64,000 nucleotides of DNA from Felis catus (taxonomy: Eukaryota): assembly GCF_018350175.1 (NCBI RefSeq), contig NC_058383.1, forward strand, positions 29,142,001-29,206,000, in the 5' to 3' direction. The position numbers were made by a program, and so were the translations under genes. Of the stretch, positions 1 through 12,319 are shown in pieces. Within the stretch, counting starts at the first letter, position 1, and each line of letters opens with the position of its first letter. Below the pieces are notes generated by a model, which had not been told where the DNA came from, ran no database searches, and was given only the letters and a program-made list of their open reading frames with translations.

Positions 1-425
1 TTTGAAGGAGAGACAGAGCGTGAGCAGGGGAGGAGCAGAGAGAGAGAGAGAGGGAGACATAGAATTTGAAGCAGGCTCCAGGCTCTAAGCTGTCAGCATA
101 GAGCCTGATGCGGGGCTCAAACTCACGAACTGTGAGATCATGACCTGAGCTGAAGTCAGACACTTAATCGACTGAGCCACCCAGGCGCCCCTAAATTTTT
201 CTTTTTTTTAAAAAAAATTTTAACGTTTTGTTTTAGTTTTTGGAGAGACAGAACAGAGCATGAGCAGGGAAGGGGCAGAGAGAGAGGGAGACACAGAATC
301 TGAGGCAGGCTCCAGGCTCAACGCTGTCAGCACAGAGACCGACACAGGGCTCGAACTCACCAACTGCAAGATCATGACTTGAGCCAGAGTTAGACACTCA
401 ACTGACTGAGCCACCCAGGTGCCCC
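1..425 (-). mobile_element. Two tandem Can-SINEs (SINEC_Fc type)
   Basis: Reverse-complement heads (...gagccacccaggcgcccc at ~191, ...ggtgcccc at ~425), (GA)n segments and T-rich tails. Confidence 0.93.
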
Positions 426-2189
426 ATATATAAATTTTACCTCTTTCTCTTGTCTTATTGCACTGGCTAGGGCCTCTAGCACACTGTTAAGTAGAAATAG
501 TGACAGCCAGCCTTGACGTCTTATCCCTGATCTTAGGACAAAAGCATTCAACATTGTGGCATTAGCTCTAAGGATTCAGGTATTTTTAGATGTTGATTTT
601 CTGATTGGTACCTCGGGGGAAGTGAGCCTGACTGTTGGTGCTCTGAGTACTGATCGGCAGGAGGGAGCTGGGGGCCTGGCCTCCCTTCTCAGGATGTGGG
701 GGATGCTCCTTCCCCTGTTCATCGCTCCTTATTGTCCTACTCAATCCCACTCTGCACTTCTGGGCTTAGTGCCTCTGGGAGAAAGCAAACCCCCGTCCCA
801 CTCCTCTTGGCCTGGGGGTATGCTGGTCCCCGGCTTCCCTGGGACAGGGGCGGAGATCCTAGGACGGCCTTTCCCGTCTTGTCACCTCCTTGTTTTAGGA
901 ATCTGGCGCCTCTTATTTGCTGAGACTTCGCAGGGCTCTGTTGAGAGTGAATCAGCTTTTTATACAACACTTAGATTTCTGTTTCCTCCTCTGTGCAAAG
1001 TTCTTTGGCACTCTTCTTTCTCCTTGTCGTCTCCAAAGAGTGTCTCCAAAGTGGGCTGACATCCTGTCCTCTGATGCTGCCTCTCCTGTTCTCTGTGCCT
1101 TGGTCAAGTTATTTATATCTCTCTACAGATAAATATGTGTGTCCAACTGGTCGTGTTTAACTTCCTGGAAATTTTTAAAAAGCTGTTTATTTTCTGCAAT
1201 AGTTGGACTTTTGGTATAGGGGGAGTTGTTTTGATTTGCTCACATTACTGATTTGATTAGTAAATCCATTCATCAGAGACAAAAGTAAACTTTAGTGCGA
1301 AAGTAAATTTCATCCCAGCCTCTGAAAAGTTCACATGTTTGTTCTGAATTTGGCTTCAACTAATTATGTGTTGAGTATAAATTCCTTATCTAGGAATTAT
1401 TATTAATTTCTCTGTGCATCATCAGTTAATTTTTTCTGTGTTGAATTAAAGTGAGTTAGCAGTACGGGATTATTTAGCCAAGTTCAAACCACGTTGAATG
1501 CCATTGATTCTTTGCGACCAGAACCAATTTTTCACTTATTTAGGCCAATCTCCTATTTAACTATGAACTTGATACCTAGGACTGAGCCACATACTCACAC
1601 AATATATTCATATATTCTCTTTTTTTTCCCTGCTTCCCCCATATGAGGGGGGAATAATGCTTCTCTCATTCCTTAAAAGATATCCCTTAATCCTGGGTAG
1701 CTAGCATACAGACATACCTTATTTGATTTTAATTTTGCTTTTCAAACTCAAATTCTTTGTTAGAAATGAGAGTCACAGTTCATCAGCTGTGTCCAAGGGA
1801 TTGCCTTCTGAATGGAGCGTAGCCTAGTAAACATCCTCCCCTGGCCACCCAGATCATGCCCACAAACACAGAGACACTCATGCTCGTGGAATTTGAATTC
1901 AGCATGAGAATTTGTGAGAACAATAAAAATGCATTTTCTAGCTCCCACTTCCGCAGATTTTTCCAGTTCATTTTGCTTTGTGAGGTAGTTTGCTCAGAGG
2001 GAGATTAGATTCCTTCTTTCCGTTAGGTATATCTCATAGGGAATGTGTTTTTATCCAGACAGATAGGGAAAGTTGACTATATACTGGAATGTAAACCATG
2101 TTAACGTCATATATAATTGAGGATGAAATGAGCAATTTGTTGTTTGTCACTTGCCTTCTTGCTCTTAGAGGGGAAGCATTCACTTCATT

Positions 2190-2360
2190 TATTCCATCCC
2201 TTCAGCAAACCTTGACTGCAGAGGGCTGACTGATGGCCCCGACCCAGGTACTGAGAGGCCCCTGGCCTTCAAGGATTGTGAGAACCTGTTCTCACGGAAC
2301 TTACATGGTAGTGGCAGAGAGAGAGAATAAACAAGCAAAGAAGTAAATGCAAAGCCCGGA
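2190..2360 (-). mobile_element. L2 LINE 3' fragment (ancient)
   Basis: ttcatttattccatcccttcagcaaac...cctgttctcacggaacttacatggtagtgg resembles the recalled L2 3' end. Confidence 0.55.
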
Positions 2361-2779
2361 CAGAGATGAGTCTTCAGAGGAAAACAAAACAGGGGCAGGG
2401 GCCTCTCGGGCTCTGCAGGGTGTCCAGGGAAACTTTTCGGAGGGCCTCTTTTTTCATGTGGACCTACAGAAGGAGCACTAGTGCTGGGAACTTGGGACTG
2501 GGCAGGGCGGGTGGGTAGTGAAGCAGTTCGAAGGCCCTCTCGGACTGGGAGGACCATCTCAGATCTACCTAACCGGCTGCCCAACCAGGGGGAAGTCACT
2601 TACTCTGAAGGTGAGGTTTCTCGCCTGTATAGGGGAATGAAAACACACATCCAGCTTAAAATGTTCATCTCCAAGTATCAAACGAGAGAATTTTGTAAAC
2701 TGGGTAGCCCTTTAAAACGAAAAATGGCTATTTTATCCAGCAGCATGAACCTCCCAGCCAAATGAAGGACTTATCCTCT

Positions 2780-2900
2780 GTCTTTAAGACTTACTATAAA
2801 GCTACAGATATAATAACAGTGTGGTGCTGGCATACGGAACGACGAATAGATGATGAAACAGAATAGAGTGTTCAGAAACACAACCACACATTTATGGTCT
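2780..2900 (+). mobile_element. L1 ORF2 fragment
   Basis: ttaagacttactataaagctacag...aacagtgtggtgctggcat...aacagaatagag corresponds to the L1 ORF2 YYKATVIKTVWYW region. Confidence 0.75.
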
Positions 2901-2954
2901 GTTGAGTTCCAGCAGCGTTTCCATGCAGGAATCTCTTCCTGACATTTCTAGGGA

Positions 2955-3194
2955 CTTTTTTTTTTTTAATTTAAATTTAAATTTTATTTTAGAGAGAGAG
3001 TGTGCACAAGTGGGGGAGAGGGACAGAGGGAGAGAGGGGGAGAGAGGGAGAGAGAGGGAGAGGGAGAGAATCTTAAGCAGCCTCCATGCTTAGCACAGAG
3101 CCCGATGTGGGGTTCAATCCCATGACTAGAGGATCATGACCTAAGCTGAAATAAAGAGTTGGATGCTCAACCGACTGAGCTAACCAGGCACCCC
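2955..3194 (-). mobile_element. Can-SINE with target-site duplication tctagggac
   Basis: SINE body flanked by tctagggac at ~2948 and ~3195. Confidence 0.9.
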
Positions 3195-3209
3195 TCTAGG
3201 GACATTTTA

Positions 3210-4075
3210 TGTTACTCCAAGTTGTGAGAAAAATCAGTCAACTAATCAGGATAAAGGAAGAAAATCTGTGGGCCTTAAAGTTTAATGATCAACATAGGTA
3301 TTACTAGTTCAAAGGAATCCACTCACATGAAGTTGAAAGCAAGAGTGGAATCAGTGTCAAAGGTTAAGGTCAGCATTTCAGAGACCAGCACAGGAGCGTA
3401 CGGAGCAGAAGGGGCCACGGTCACATCCGTCATTGCCACCATGTTGTAAGTGTATGGTCGTAGCCTTGGCTGTTGCTAACAGTGAGTCATTTTTATAAAT
3501 AAAAACATATTAATGAGTTTACTCACATCAGTACACTTTATAAAAATCCTGCAAATCTTGTTCCAAGAAATAATAAGTTTTGGAAGCAGTCTTTAAATTG
3601 GCAGTTTTGAAACATGTTTCTCTGTAATAGCTCTATTGACCTTGCCAGGATACCCAAATGTTATGTCATCTTAATGGAATCCAGTGGCGTTCTAGTGTTT
3701 GAATATTTGCTGTAAGGCTACAGTTCTTTGTAATTACCTCTACGGAAGAAATGCAAAGGCAAGATGTAAATAGCATCGTGGAATACTTTGATGTGCAATC
3801 AGCTCATCCCAAATCTGAATTAGGCCAAGCAATATCAAAACCAAAATCAAGGCAAGCAGACAAAATGCTTTCATCCCTCAAAGAGGAAATGAGCTTACAT
3901 GAAGCAATATGTAATCTTAACACCCAGCTTGTATTTGCTTTGGACACACTCAGAACAATTTGACCAACTTCAGCACAACATGAAAGAAACTTTTCTGCAT
4001 CTGGATTATTTGTCATAAGACAAATAGTAGCAATTAGTAGTTATGTATTTTAAAATCTTATTTAAGAATAACTTT
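3210..4075 (+). mobile_element. Decayed hAT-superfamily DNA transposon, transposase remnant (C-terminal dimerisation domain)
   Basis: ORF 3751-3963 continues through a TGA as LRTI*PTSAQHERNFSASGLFVIR, then LCILKSYL in a shifted frame. This matches the hAT dimerisation motif (L..P.TS...ER.FS..G). The left boundary is uncertain. Confidence 0.65.
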
Positions 4076-4099
4076 TAAATATTAAATATTTGTGACATT

Positions 4100-4341
4100 T
4101 TTTTGTTAAAAAATTTTTTTAATGTTTATTTACTTTTGAGAGAGAGAGAGGGAGAGAGAGAGAGAGACACAGAGCGTGAATGGGGGATGGGTAGAGAGAG
4201 AGGGAGACACAGAATCTGAAGCAGGCTCCAGGCTCAGAGCTGTCAGCACAGAGCCCGATGCAGGGTTCAAACCTATGGACTATGAGATCATGACCTGAGC
4301 TGAAGTCGGATGCTTAACCGACTGAGCCACCCAGGCGCTCC
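4100..4341 (-). mobile_element. Can-SINE
   Basis: Typical SINEC_Fc body on the minus strand. Confidence 0.92.
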
Positions 4342-4937
4342 ATTTTTTAGTTTTTAAATGATGTTTATTGGGCATCCATTCAGTGCTAGTGTTTTATCCT
4401 TTTAATGTTTTCTCTTACCAAATATATATATCAGGTAGAGATTATTTTTACATGTTATGGAAATACATAATTTTGTCACACTATATAGTTTGTAATCATA
4501 ATAACCATACATTTATTATTATATCTTATTTTACTGAACTGACCCCTGAAACTTTAAATATAACCCTGTCACAGAAAGGTGATTCATTATTTACGATTAT
4601 AACTACTATTTAAAAACATGTAGTAAAGTGCTATGTAAAGTATAGAATAATTTATTATTCAGGAATTCTGACTTCTTGTTCTCAAACTCTCAAGATTAAC
4701 AACTGTCAGGAAGTTGGAAAAATTTGACATTCCTGACAAAGGTGCTGATAATCCAGGAGGCAGAGTTAGGTTTGTCAACAAATAGTTGTGAAACAATTGT
4801 GTAGTGGTATGCAAAAATTGAACTTCTCTTAAATCACACCATATACATGGTTAACTTGAAATGCTCATAGACCTAAATTTAAGAATTAAAACTATAACAC
4901 TTCTAGAAGAAAAGATGGAAAAAGTATTAGTGACCTT

Positions 4938-5130
4938 GTGCTATTAGTCTGAATTGTGGCACCTGCACCCCCAAGTTCATGTGTTGAATCCCTAACTCCC
5001 AGTGTGATGGTATTACAAGATGGGGCCTTTGGAAGGTGGTTAAAGTTAGATAGGGTCATGAGGGTGGATCCTCATGGTGGAATTAGTGCCCTTGTAAGAA
5101 GAGGAAGATAGAGAGAGCTGGCTCTATCTT
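4938..5130 (+). mobile_element. MaLR (MLT1/MST-type) LTR 5' fragment inside L1 sequence
   Basis: tgtgctattagtctgaattgtgg...cccccaagttcatgtgttgaatccctaactcccagtgtgatggtatt...ggggcctttggaaggt...attagtgcccttgtaagaagagg. Confidence 0.8.
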
Positions 5131-5149
5131 CCCAACAACAAAACACTGC

Positions 5150-6585
5150 CAAAAGAAAGAAGATCTTCATAAATGAAAAGATACCCCATGTTCATGGATT
5201 GAAAACTTGATATTGTCAAGATGTCAGTACCAGCCAGACTGATCTATGGATTCAGTGCAATCCCTATCAAAATCCCAATGACATTTTTTTGCAGACATAG
5301 AAAAGTCCATCCTAAAATTTATATATATTCTCAAGGAATCCTAAGTAGCCAAAACAATCTTGAAAAAGAAGGACAAATTTGGAGGACTAACACTTTCTGA
5401 TTTTAAGACTTACTGCACAACTACAATAACCAAAACAGTGTGGTATGGGCCTGAAGACAGACACAGAGACCAATGGAATAGAATAGAGAGCCCAGAAATA
5501 AACCTTCCCATATACAGTCAAATCATTTTTGATGTAATAATGCCAAGACCATTTTGTGCAGAAAGGACAGACTTTTCAGTAAGTGGTGTTGGGTAAACTG
5601 GATATCCAAATGCAAAGAATGAAGTTGGACCCTTACCTTACACCATACACAGAATGAACTCCTATCTCCGATAATGGATCAATATCTAGCATTTCCAGGG
5701 AACTAAAACTCAACAGAAACCAACCTGATTCAAAAACAGGCAAAGATCTTGCATAGATGTATCTCTAAAGAAGATATACAAATGGCCGATAAGCCGATTA
5801 GTGATTCTCAACATCACTAATCATTAAGGAAATGTAAATGGAAACCACAGTGAGATACCACCTTATACCCATTAGGATCACTACTGTAAAAAACAAACAA
5901 ACAAACAAACAAACAAACAAAAACAACAAACCAGAAAAGAACAAGTGTTAAAGAAGATGTGGAGAATTTGGAGCCTTATGCACTGTTTGTGGGAATGTTG
6001 CTGTGAAAACAGTATGATGATTTCTTCAAAACTAAAAACAAACTTAACTGTCTGATCCAACAATTCCATGTCTTGGTATATGCCCAAAGGAATTGAAAGC
6101 AAGGTCTTTGTACACCCTGGTTCAAATTAGTATTTTTCACAGCTAAAATACGGAAGCATCCCAGGTGTCCATTGACGAATGGATAAGCACACAATGGAAT
6201 AGTATTCACCCTTAAAAGGAAAAGATGTTCTAACACAAGCTACAACGTGGATGAACGTTGCGTGACATCGTGCTAAGTGAAATAAGCCAGTCACAGAAGG
6301 ACAAATACTACACGATTCCACTTACATGAGATACCTGTTAGAGTAGTCAAAATCAAAGGGGCAGAAAGAATGGTGGTTGCCAGGGGTTGGGAAGAAAGGA
6401 GAACAGGGAGTGACTGTTTCATGGGTACAGAGTTTCAGTTTTGCAGACTGAGAATACAGGAAATGGATGGTGATGGTGGTTTCACAACATTACAAATGTA
6501 CTTAATAGCACTGAACTATACACTTAAAGTGGTTAACATGGTGAATTTAATGTTATGTGTATTTTACCATGACTTAAAAAAAAAA
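5150..6585 (+). mobile_element. Old L1 (L1MA/MB-like) ORF2 3' part and 3'UTR
   Basis: Translates to KKDKFGGLTLSDFKTY...TVWY...DQWNRIESPEIN; has the typical 3'UTR (tacttaatagcactgaactatacacttaaagtggtt) and an A tail at ~6575. Confidence 0.9.
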
Positions 6586-6589
6586 TCCA

Positions 6590-7030
6590 GAAAAGCCTTT
6601 CCACAAGTGTTCACGGTATTATTATTTATAACAGCGAAATGTAGGAGGCAGCCCAAATGTCCGTCAGCTGGCACGCGAATTGTGGTATGGCCCTACTGTG
6701 AAATAACGCTCAGTAATAGAAGGAGTAAAATGCCAGTACTTGCAGCCGCATGGCTGGTTCTCAGGGTATTGTGTTCAGTGAAAGAGTCAAACACAAAAGA
6801 CCAAAGACTGTGTGATTTCACATATACCAACTTCTAGAAAAGGCGAAACTATAGGGATTGCAGGCAGATCAGAGAATTCGGGGCAGAGTGGCCCAAGGAA
6901 TCTTTTTAGAGAAAGGGAACTCTTCTCTTTTTGTTGTCTTTGTCCTTACATAGTTGTACACACAGTTGCAAAAATTAACCAAACTGTACCCCTAAAACGA
7001 GTGAATGTCATTGCATGTAAATAATAGCAC
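6590..7030 (+). mobile_element. Older L1 (L1MC/ME-like) 3' end fragment
   Basis: gcagcccaaatgtccgtcagc...aactgtacccctaaaacgagtgaatgtcattgcatgtaaata. Confidence 0.65.
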
Positions 7031-7059
7031 AGTTACCGACCTCAGGAATTTAACATTGA

Positions 7060-9980
7060 TATAATATTTTAATATACTGTTCATATCCAAGTTGTATTAT
7101 TTGATCTAGCATTATCTGTATCACTTCCCCCCGTCCGTTAGAAGACCCAGTCTGTGAGAATGTCTAACATCTACTTTTCGGTGGCTCTCTGGTCTCTTTT
7201 ATGACAGTGACACTGTTGAGGAACACCAGCACCTCCCCTCAGCACCCTTTTTCAGTAAAATGGTTTTCATTTGGGTCTGTCTGATGTTTCATCATGGTTA
7301 CGTTTCTGTCACACAGTCCTGACCGGAATAGTACATAAGTGATGCTGTGCCTTTGTGACGGTATCACTGTGTTGGGAGACACTTTCAGACCGTGAAGATA
7401 TCCTCCTCTTCATCAAAACATCTCCCCAGATGGGGCACCTAGGTGGCTCGGTTGGTTAAGCGTCTCACTCTTAGTTTCAGCTCAGGTCATGATTGGGGTT
7501 TGTGAGTTTGAGCCCCGCGTTGCGTTCTGTGCAGACAGCGTGAAGCCTGCTTGGGTTGGGATCCTCTCCCTCTCCACTGCATGCTCGCTCTCTCTCTCTC
7601 TCTCTCTCTCTCAAAATAAATAAACTTAAAAAAATAATAATTAAAAAAAAATCTCCTCAGATGTAGCAGCTACCGATGATATTTGCCTCAACCATCCTTC
7701 GTGTGATGGTTGCAGAAGGGTCACCTGGGAACTCCATTTGTCTTCCGCCATTACCATTTCATAGTTACTACTCAACTAGAAGAGCTCTCCCTTCTCCCTC
7801 CCCCCTACCCCGTATTATGTATTCTCTAAACCCATGGATTCCTATGTTTTCAACAGTTTAGAATTTGTTATTGCCTTTTAATTATTTTGGTGCTTAAATA
7901 TCTGGCCAGTGAAAGCCCTCTCCACCTGGTCCTTAGGTCCCGTGACATACACGCCTCATCATCTCTTGAGGAGTTTCCTCCTTTGTGGTAATATTGTGGG
8001 ATGTTCCAGGCTCATTCTTGTGCCTCCTTTAGGCCACCTGTGGAATGGGCCAGTTCTTCAAGAAGCCCTGTTTTTTTTTTTTCAGGTTATGGTATTAGAA
8101 GTTAAGATATGGACACTAGATGTGCTCCTTGCTCCTAGGCCCTTTCAGTGGATAGCGCACGGATATACACACGTGCACACCCACATAGTGGTGCGCACAC
8201 ACGCACGTGTGTGGATGCGCACATGTAACATACTTGTTTTAAAAACCGTTCCACTCCATCCCCGTGGGGGTCTTCCTTGTCTTCCCCCATTCTAGTATTT
8301 TTATGTCTGGCTTCCAGCAACATCAGCGCATTCAGATTCACTCAGTGCCGTAATGCATCTAGTATTTTCGGAATGGTTTCACTCACTGAGCAGCAGAAGA
8401 TGCAAAACTCCTTAAGGGTTCTTCCCCACACCCCACTCCAGATGGGGAGTACTGGGTTCATAAGTTGTGTTTTTTCACCTTCCTTACTAGAAATCCTTCC
8501 CTATCAGTTCTCTGAGATCTTCATTGTTTCTTACAACTGCTCCGAACTTCATTGATTATGTGTATACAGTTTACGTAACCAATTTCCCATGCTTAGACAT
8601 TTTGGCCGTATTTCCTAATTACAAATAAAGCTGCAGTGGGGCACCTGGGTGGCTCAGTCGGTTAAGCGCCTGACTTCAGCTCAGGTCATGATCTCAGGGT
8701 TCAAGGGTTTGAGCCCCACGTCGGGCTCTGTGCCGACAGCTCGGAGCCTAGAGCCTGCTTCAGATTCTGTGTTTCCCTCTTTCTCTGTCCCTCCCCTGCT
8801 CACATTCTGTCTCTTCTCTCAAAAATAAGTAAACATTTTTAAAAAGTTAAAAAAAAAACCCAAACAAACCGTAAGCTGCAACGAATCCCCTGTGCCTACA
8901 TATTTTTGCAATGTTGGAGGTGTGCCTTCCAGATTCCTAGAAGTGGGATTGTGGGCTCAAAGAGTAAATGAATACATAGTTTTGTTAGATGTTGCCACCT
9001 TTCTCTCCATAACAGTGAATTCATAGCTTTGCCCATTTTCCTGTAGGATTTTTTATCCTTTTTTCTCTTCAGTTTGAGAGTTATTTGTATATCAGGGACA
9101 TTAACTTTTCATCTGTGATGTATGTCACAGATATTTTTTCTTGGTTCCTCATTTGCCTTTTGATTTTGCTCATCTCATTTATTGCCATGCAAAAGGTTTT
9201 TATGAGGTCAAACTTACAAATTTTTTATTGCATCTGGATTGTGAGTCATAGTGAGAAAGCCTTTTTGTATACCCAGAATTCACCCATGTTTTGTTGTGGT
9301 ACTAGAGAGTTTCTTTTTCTTTTTCTTTTTCTTTTTCTTTTTCTTTTTCTTTTTCTTTTTCTTTTTTTTTTAACTTAGAGAGACAGAGAGCAAGCAGGGG
9401 AGAGAGAGAGAGAGGGAGAGGGAGAGAGGGAGGGAGAATCAAGCAGGCCCCATGCTCAGTGCAGAACCTGATGCGGGGCTTGATCCCACGATCCTGGGAT
9501 TGTGACCTCAGACAAAATCAAGAGTCGGACACTCAGAGCACCTGGGTGGCTCAGTCACTTAAGCTTCCGACTTCAGCTCAGGTCATGATCTCACGGTTTA
9601 TGAGTTCGAGCCCTGTATCAGGCTCTGTGCTGACAGCCAAGAACCTGGAGCCTGCTTCAGATTCTGTGTCTCCCTCTCTCTCTCCTCCTTTCCTGTTCGT
9701 ACTCTGTCTCTCTCTTTCTCTCAAAAATAACATAAAAAAAAAAAAAAAGGAGTCGGACTCTCAACCAACTGAGCCACCCAGGCGCCCCTAGATAATTTCA
9801 TTTTTTACACTTAGATATCTGATCCATTTGGTGTTCATTCTTTTGTACCAAGTGAAGAATGGGTCTGATGCATCCTTTTTCAGCTGTTCCAACCCTGGAA
9901 AAGTGTTGAAATGTTCATCTTTGGCCCAGTAGTTTGAGATACTACCTTTATCATACTCTAGATTTCTATTATGCAGTTGG
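7060..9980 (-). mobile_element. Decayed L1M fragments interrupted by Can-SINEs (7432-7650 +, 8638-8860 +, 9362-9789 nested pair)
   Basis: Antisense L1 motifs (gattcctagaagtgggattg...gggctcaaagagtaaatg; tgatccatttgg) with clear SINE bodies between them. Confidence 0.65.
9310..9365 (+). repeat. (TTTTTC)n microsatellite derived from a SINE tail
   Basis: Hexamer tandem repeat seen directly. Confidence 0.9.
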
Positions 9981-10199
9981 GGCTATTTCTAGACTTTGTA
10001 TTTCTCAAAGTCCCAGCTGAGTTTTCATTAAACATTTATGTCTCAGAGGCTACCAGGTTCCAGGATTTACAGTACAGAGGAATTTTTTGGCCCCTTCCCC
10101 TTTTGTGGTAGAAAAGCAGGTCCTTATTGTTTTTTAACACTTTTTGAATTTTCTGAATGTTCAGAAACCGGCCAATTATTTTTGTCTTTAAGAAAACTT

Positions 10200-10889
10200 T
10201 TTGTTTATTTATTTTTGAGAGAGAGAGAAAGAGAAAGAGCGAGTGAGCAGGGGAGGGGCAGAGAGAGAGAGAGGGAGACACAGAGTCCAAAGCAGGCTCT
10301 AGGCTCTGGACTGTTAGCACAGAGCCCGACTCAGGGCCTGAACTCATGAACTGCAAGATTATGACCTGAGCTGAAGTTGGACGCTTAACCTAAGACTGAG
10401 TCACCCATGTGCCCCTTTAAGAAAACTTTTAAAAGATATTATCAGGGTTTTTTTTAAGTTCATTTACTTTGGGGTGCCTGGGTGCTCAGTCAGTTGAGCG
10501 TCCAACTTTGACTCAGGTCATAGTCTCGCGGTTCGTGGGTTCGAGCCCCACGTCAGGCTTTGTGCTGACAGCTCAGAGCCTGGAGCCTGCTTCGGATTCT
10601 GTGTCTCCCTCTCTCTCTCTCCCCCTCCCCTGCTCATGCTCTATCTCTCTCTGTCTCCCAAAAATAAATAAATGTTAAAAAAAAACTTTTAAGTTCATTT
10701 ATTTTGAAAGAGAGAGAGGGAGAGAGCAGGGGCAAGGGAGGGGCAGAGAGAAAGAGAGAGAATCTCAAGTAGGCTCCATGTTGTCAGCACAGAGCCCCAC
10801 ACGGGGTGTGAACTCACAAACCATGAGATCATGACCTGAGCTGAAATCAGGAGTCCATCACTTAACTGACTGAGCCACCCAGGCGCCCC
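10200..10889. mobile_element. Cluster of three Can-SINEs in -,+,- orientation
   Basis: Copies at ~10200-10415 (-; TSD ctttaagaaaactttt), 10471-10685 (+; TSD aagttcattta[c/t]ttt) and ~10706-10889 (-). Confidence 0.93.
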
Positions 10890-12125
10890 AAGGTATTACC
10901 GGTTTTTAAACCGTAAACTTCAGCATGAATTTTTAATAACCTCCCAAAATATTACCATTGGTATACCCCCTTAATATCCCTTCCATAAAAGAGGTGTTTC
11001 AGAAAAGCGCATGTAACGTATGTGAAAAAGAGGGCACGTGTGAAAAAGGGGCCAGCTAGTCTTTCGAGGCCGTGTGCTCTGAGCTCTGTTCTGCCTCGTG
11101 TGGCTTCTAAGAACCACCAGGGAAGCAGTTTATTCCTCTCCTTCACGTGAGCGAACGAGTATAAAGTACAGAGCAGCTGTGAGTGCAGGAGTGACATGGA
11201 GGAACTGGAATAATCGGCTGGCCAGTGTTGTTTTTGTATGCAGCGTTTTAAGTATTCACTTCCTAGAAAAGGCTTGAATAGGGGTATGTACGCATTTGCT
11301 CTCTGCCTTCCCGCCCCCTCCCTGTTCCCGAATGGCCTCCCTCAAGTGGAATGAGTTGATTCTTAAATGTTTCTCATAACTTGGGGGCTCTAATAAAAAA
11401 AAGATCTATTTATAAGACCCATTTAGAGGAGACAGGACTCACATCGGCCATGCGGTCTCTGTTTTTATCAAGTTATATTTCAGGGAACATATTTTCTCAA
11501 GGAGAAATCAGGACATGTAATTTGATTTAATTCAACATGTCACATCCTATAAAGCTTTAAAAGAGAAGCCAGGTTTAATTATAAATTTGACAAGTCACTG
11601 CTTTGGAATAGAAGAGAATTCTGTGAAGGTGGGCTCTGCCCCGTAAGTGTATTCAGATGACGAGCAACGTGACAGCTGACACGCTCAAGAAGTGCCCTGT
11701 TGTCCCGCGTGTCCGTGAGGCAGTCATGAAGGGAACAGGGCTGTCTTCCAATGTGGCGCCACGACGACTCTTATCTTGTTATCTCAGCTCTACTCTTCTG
11801 TTCTGCTCTTCTCCTGCCAAACAGAGACCAGGAACTTTCTTTAAAAAATGTTGTCCTTTGAAGCACTCAGAGCAGCTTAGATTCGTACGCATAGGGACAC
11901 AAGCGTAACGTAGAACGTGCTCCTGGATAACCTTGACTTGTCATGGGGAAACCTTTGGATTTCAGTTCGCATTAAGGTCTTTAACTCGTACTTGTAGGTG
12001 GCAGCCACCCATGTTGTTGACTGCTAGTGAAGTGGTAATGGACTTAAGAGTATTCAGACACGTTATAGGCTCGTCTTCCTGATAGTCTCCACACCTTTCA
12101 TGTCGTCCCTCTGTGTGTCTTTCAG

Positions 12126-12319
12126 TCTTACCTCGACCAGCACGGTAGGAAAGAGAAATCTGAGCCCCAGCCCAGCAGAAGCTGACTTGGAGACCAGAAT
12201 ATCAGGGGAGATTTCTGACACTGAGCTGGAGCAGACAGAGTCCTGTGCAGAATCCCTCTCCGAGGGAAGGAAAAAGGCCAAGAAATTAAAAAGGATGAAG
12301 AAGGAGCTTTCGCCAGCAG
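12126..12319 (+). CDS. PARN: PARN penultimate coding exon (equivalent to human exon 23), disordered C-terminal domain with basic [12 protein letters not shown] cluster
   Basis: Acceptor ...tgtgtctttcag|T at 12125/12126 and donor GCAG|gtttgt at 12319/12320. Translation (S)[64 protein letters not shown](G) matches recalled human PARN 557-622 ([66 protein letters not shown]). Length 194 nt, phase 2 to phase 1. Confidence 0.97.

Larger units (their letters stand above)
1..12125 (+). other. PARN: PARN intron (3' part of the intron preceding the penultimate exon)
   Basis: No further PARN-like coding exon recognised upstream; ends at the AG acceptor 12124-12125. Confidence 0.8.

Noticed and set aside
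220..414. Recurrent ORFs of type AQSV..TSAQVMIS..SLEPASDSVSPSLS and (RE)n ORFs throughout the window
   Set aside because: Translations of Can-SINE sense and antisense sequence, not a gene family.
556..1059. 167-aa ORF in the PARN intron as a possible extra exon or retrogene
   Set aside because: No PARN or other recognisable homology; GTG start; adjacent to decayed L1 sequence.
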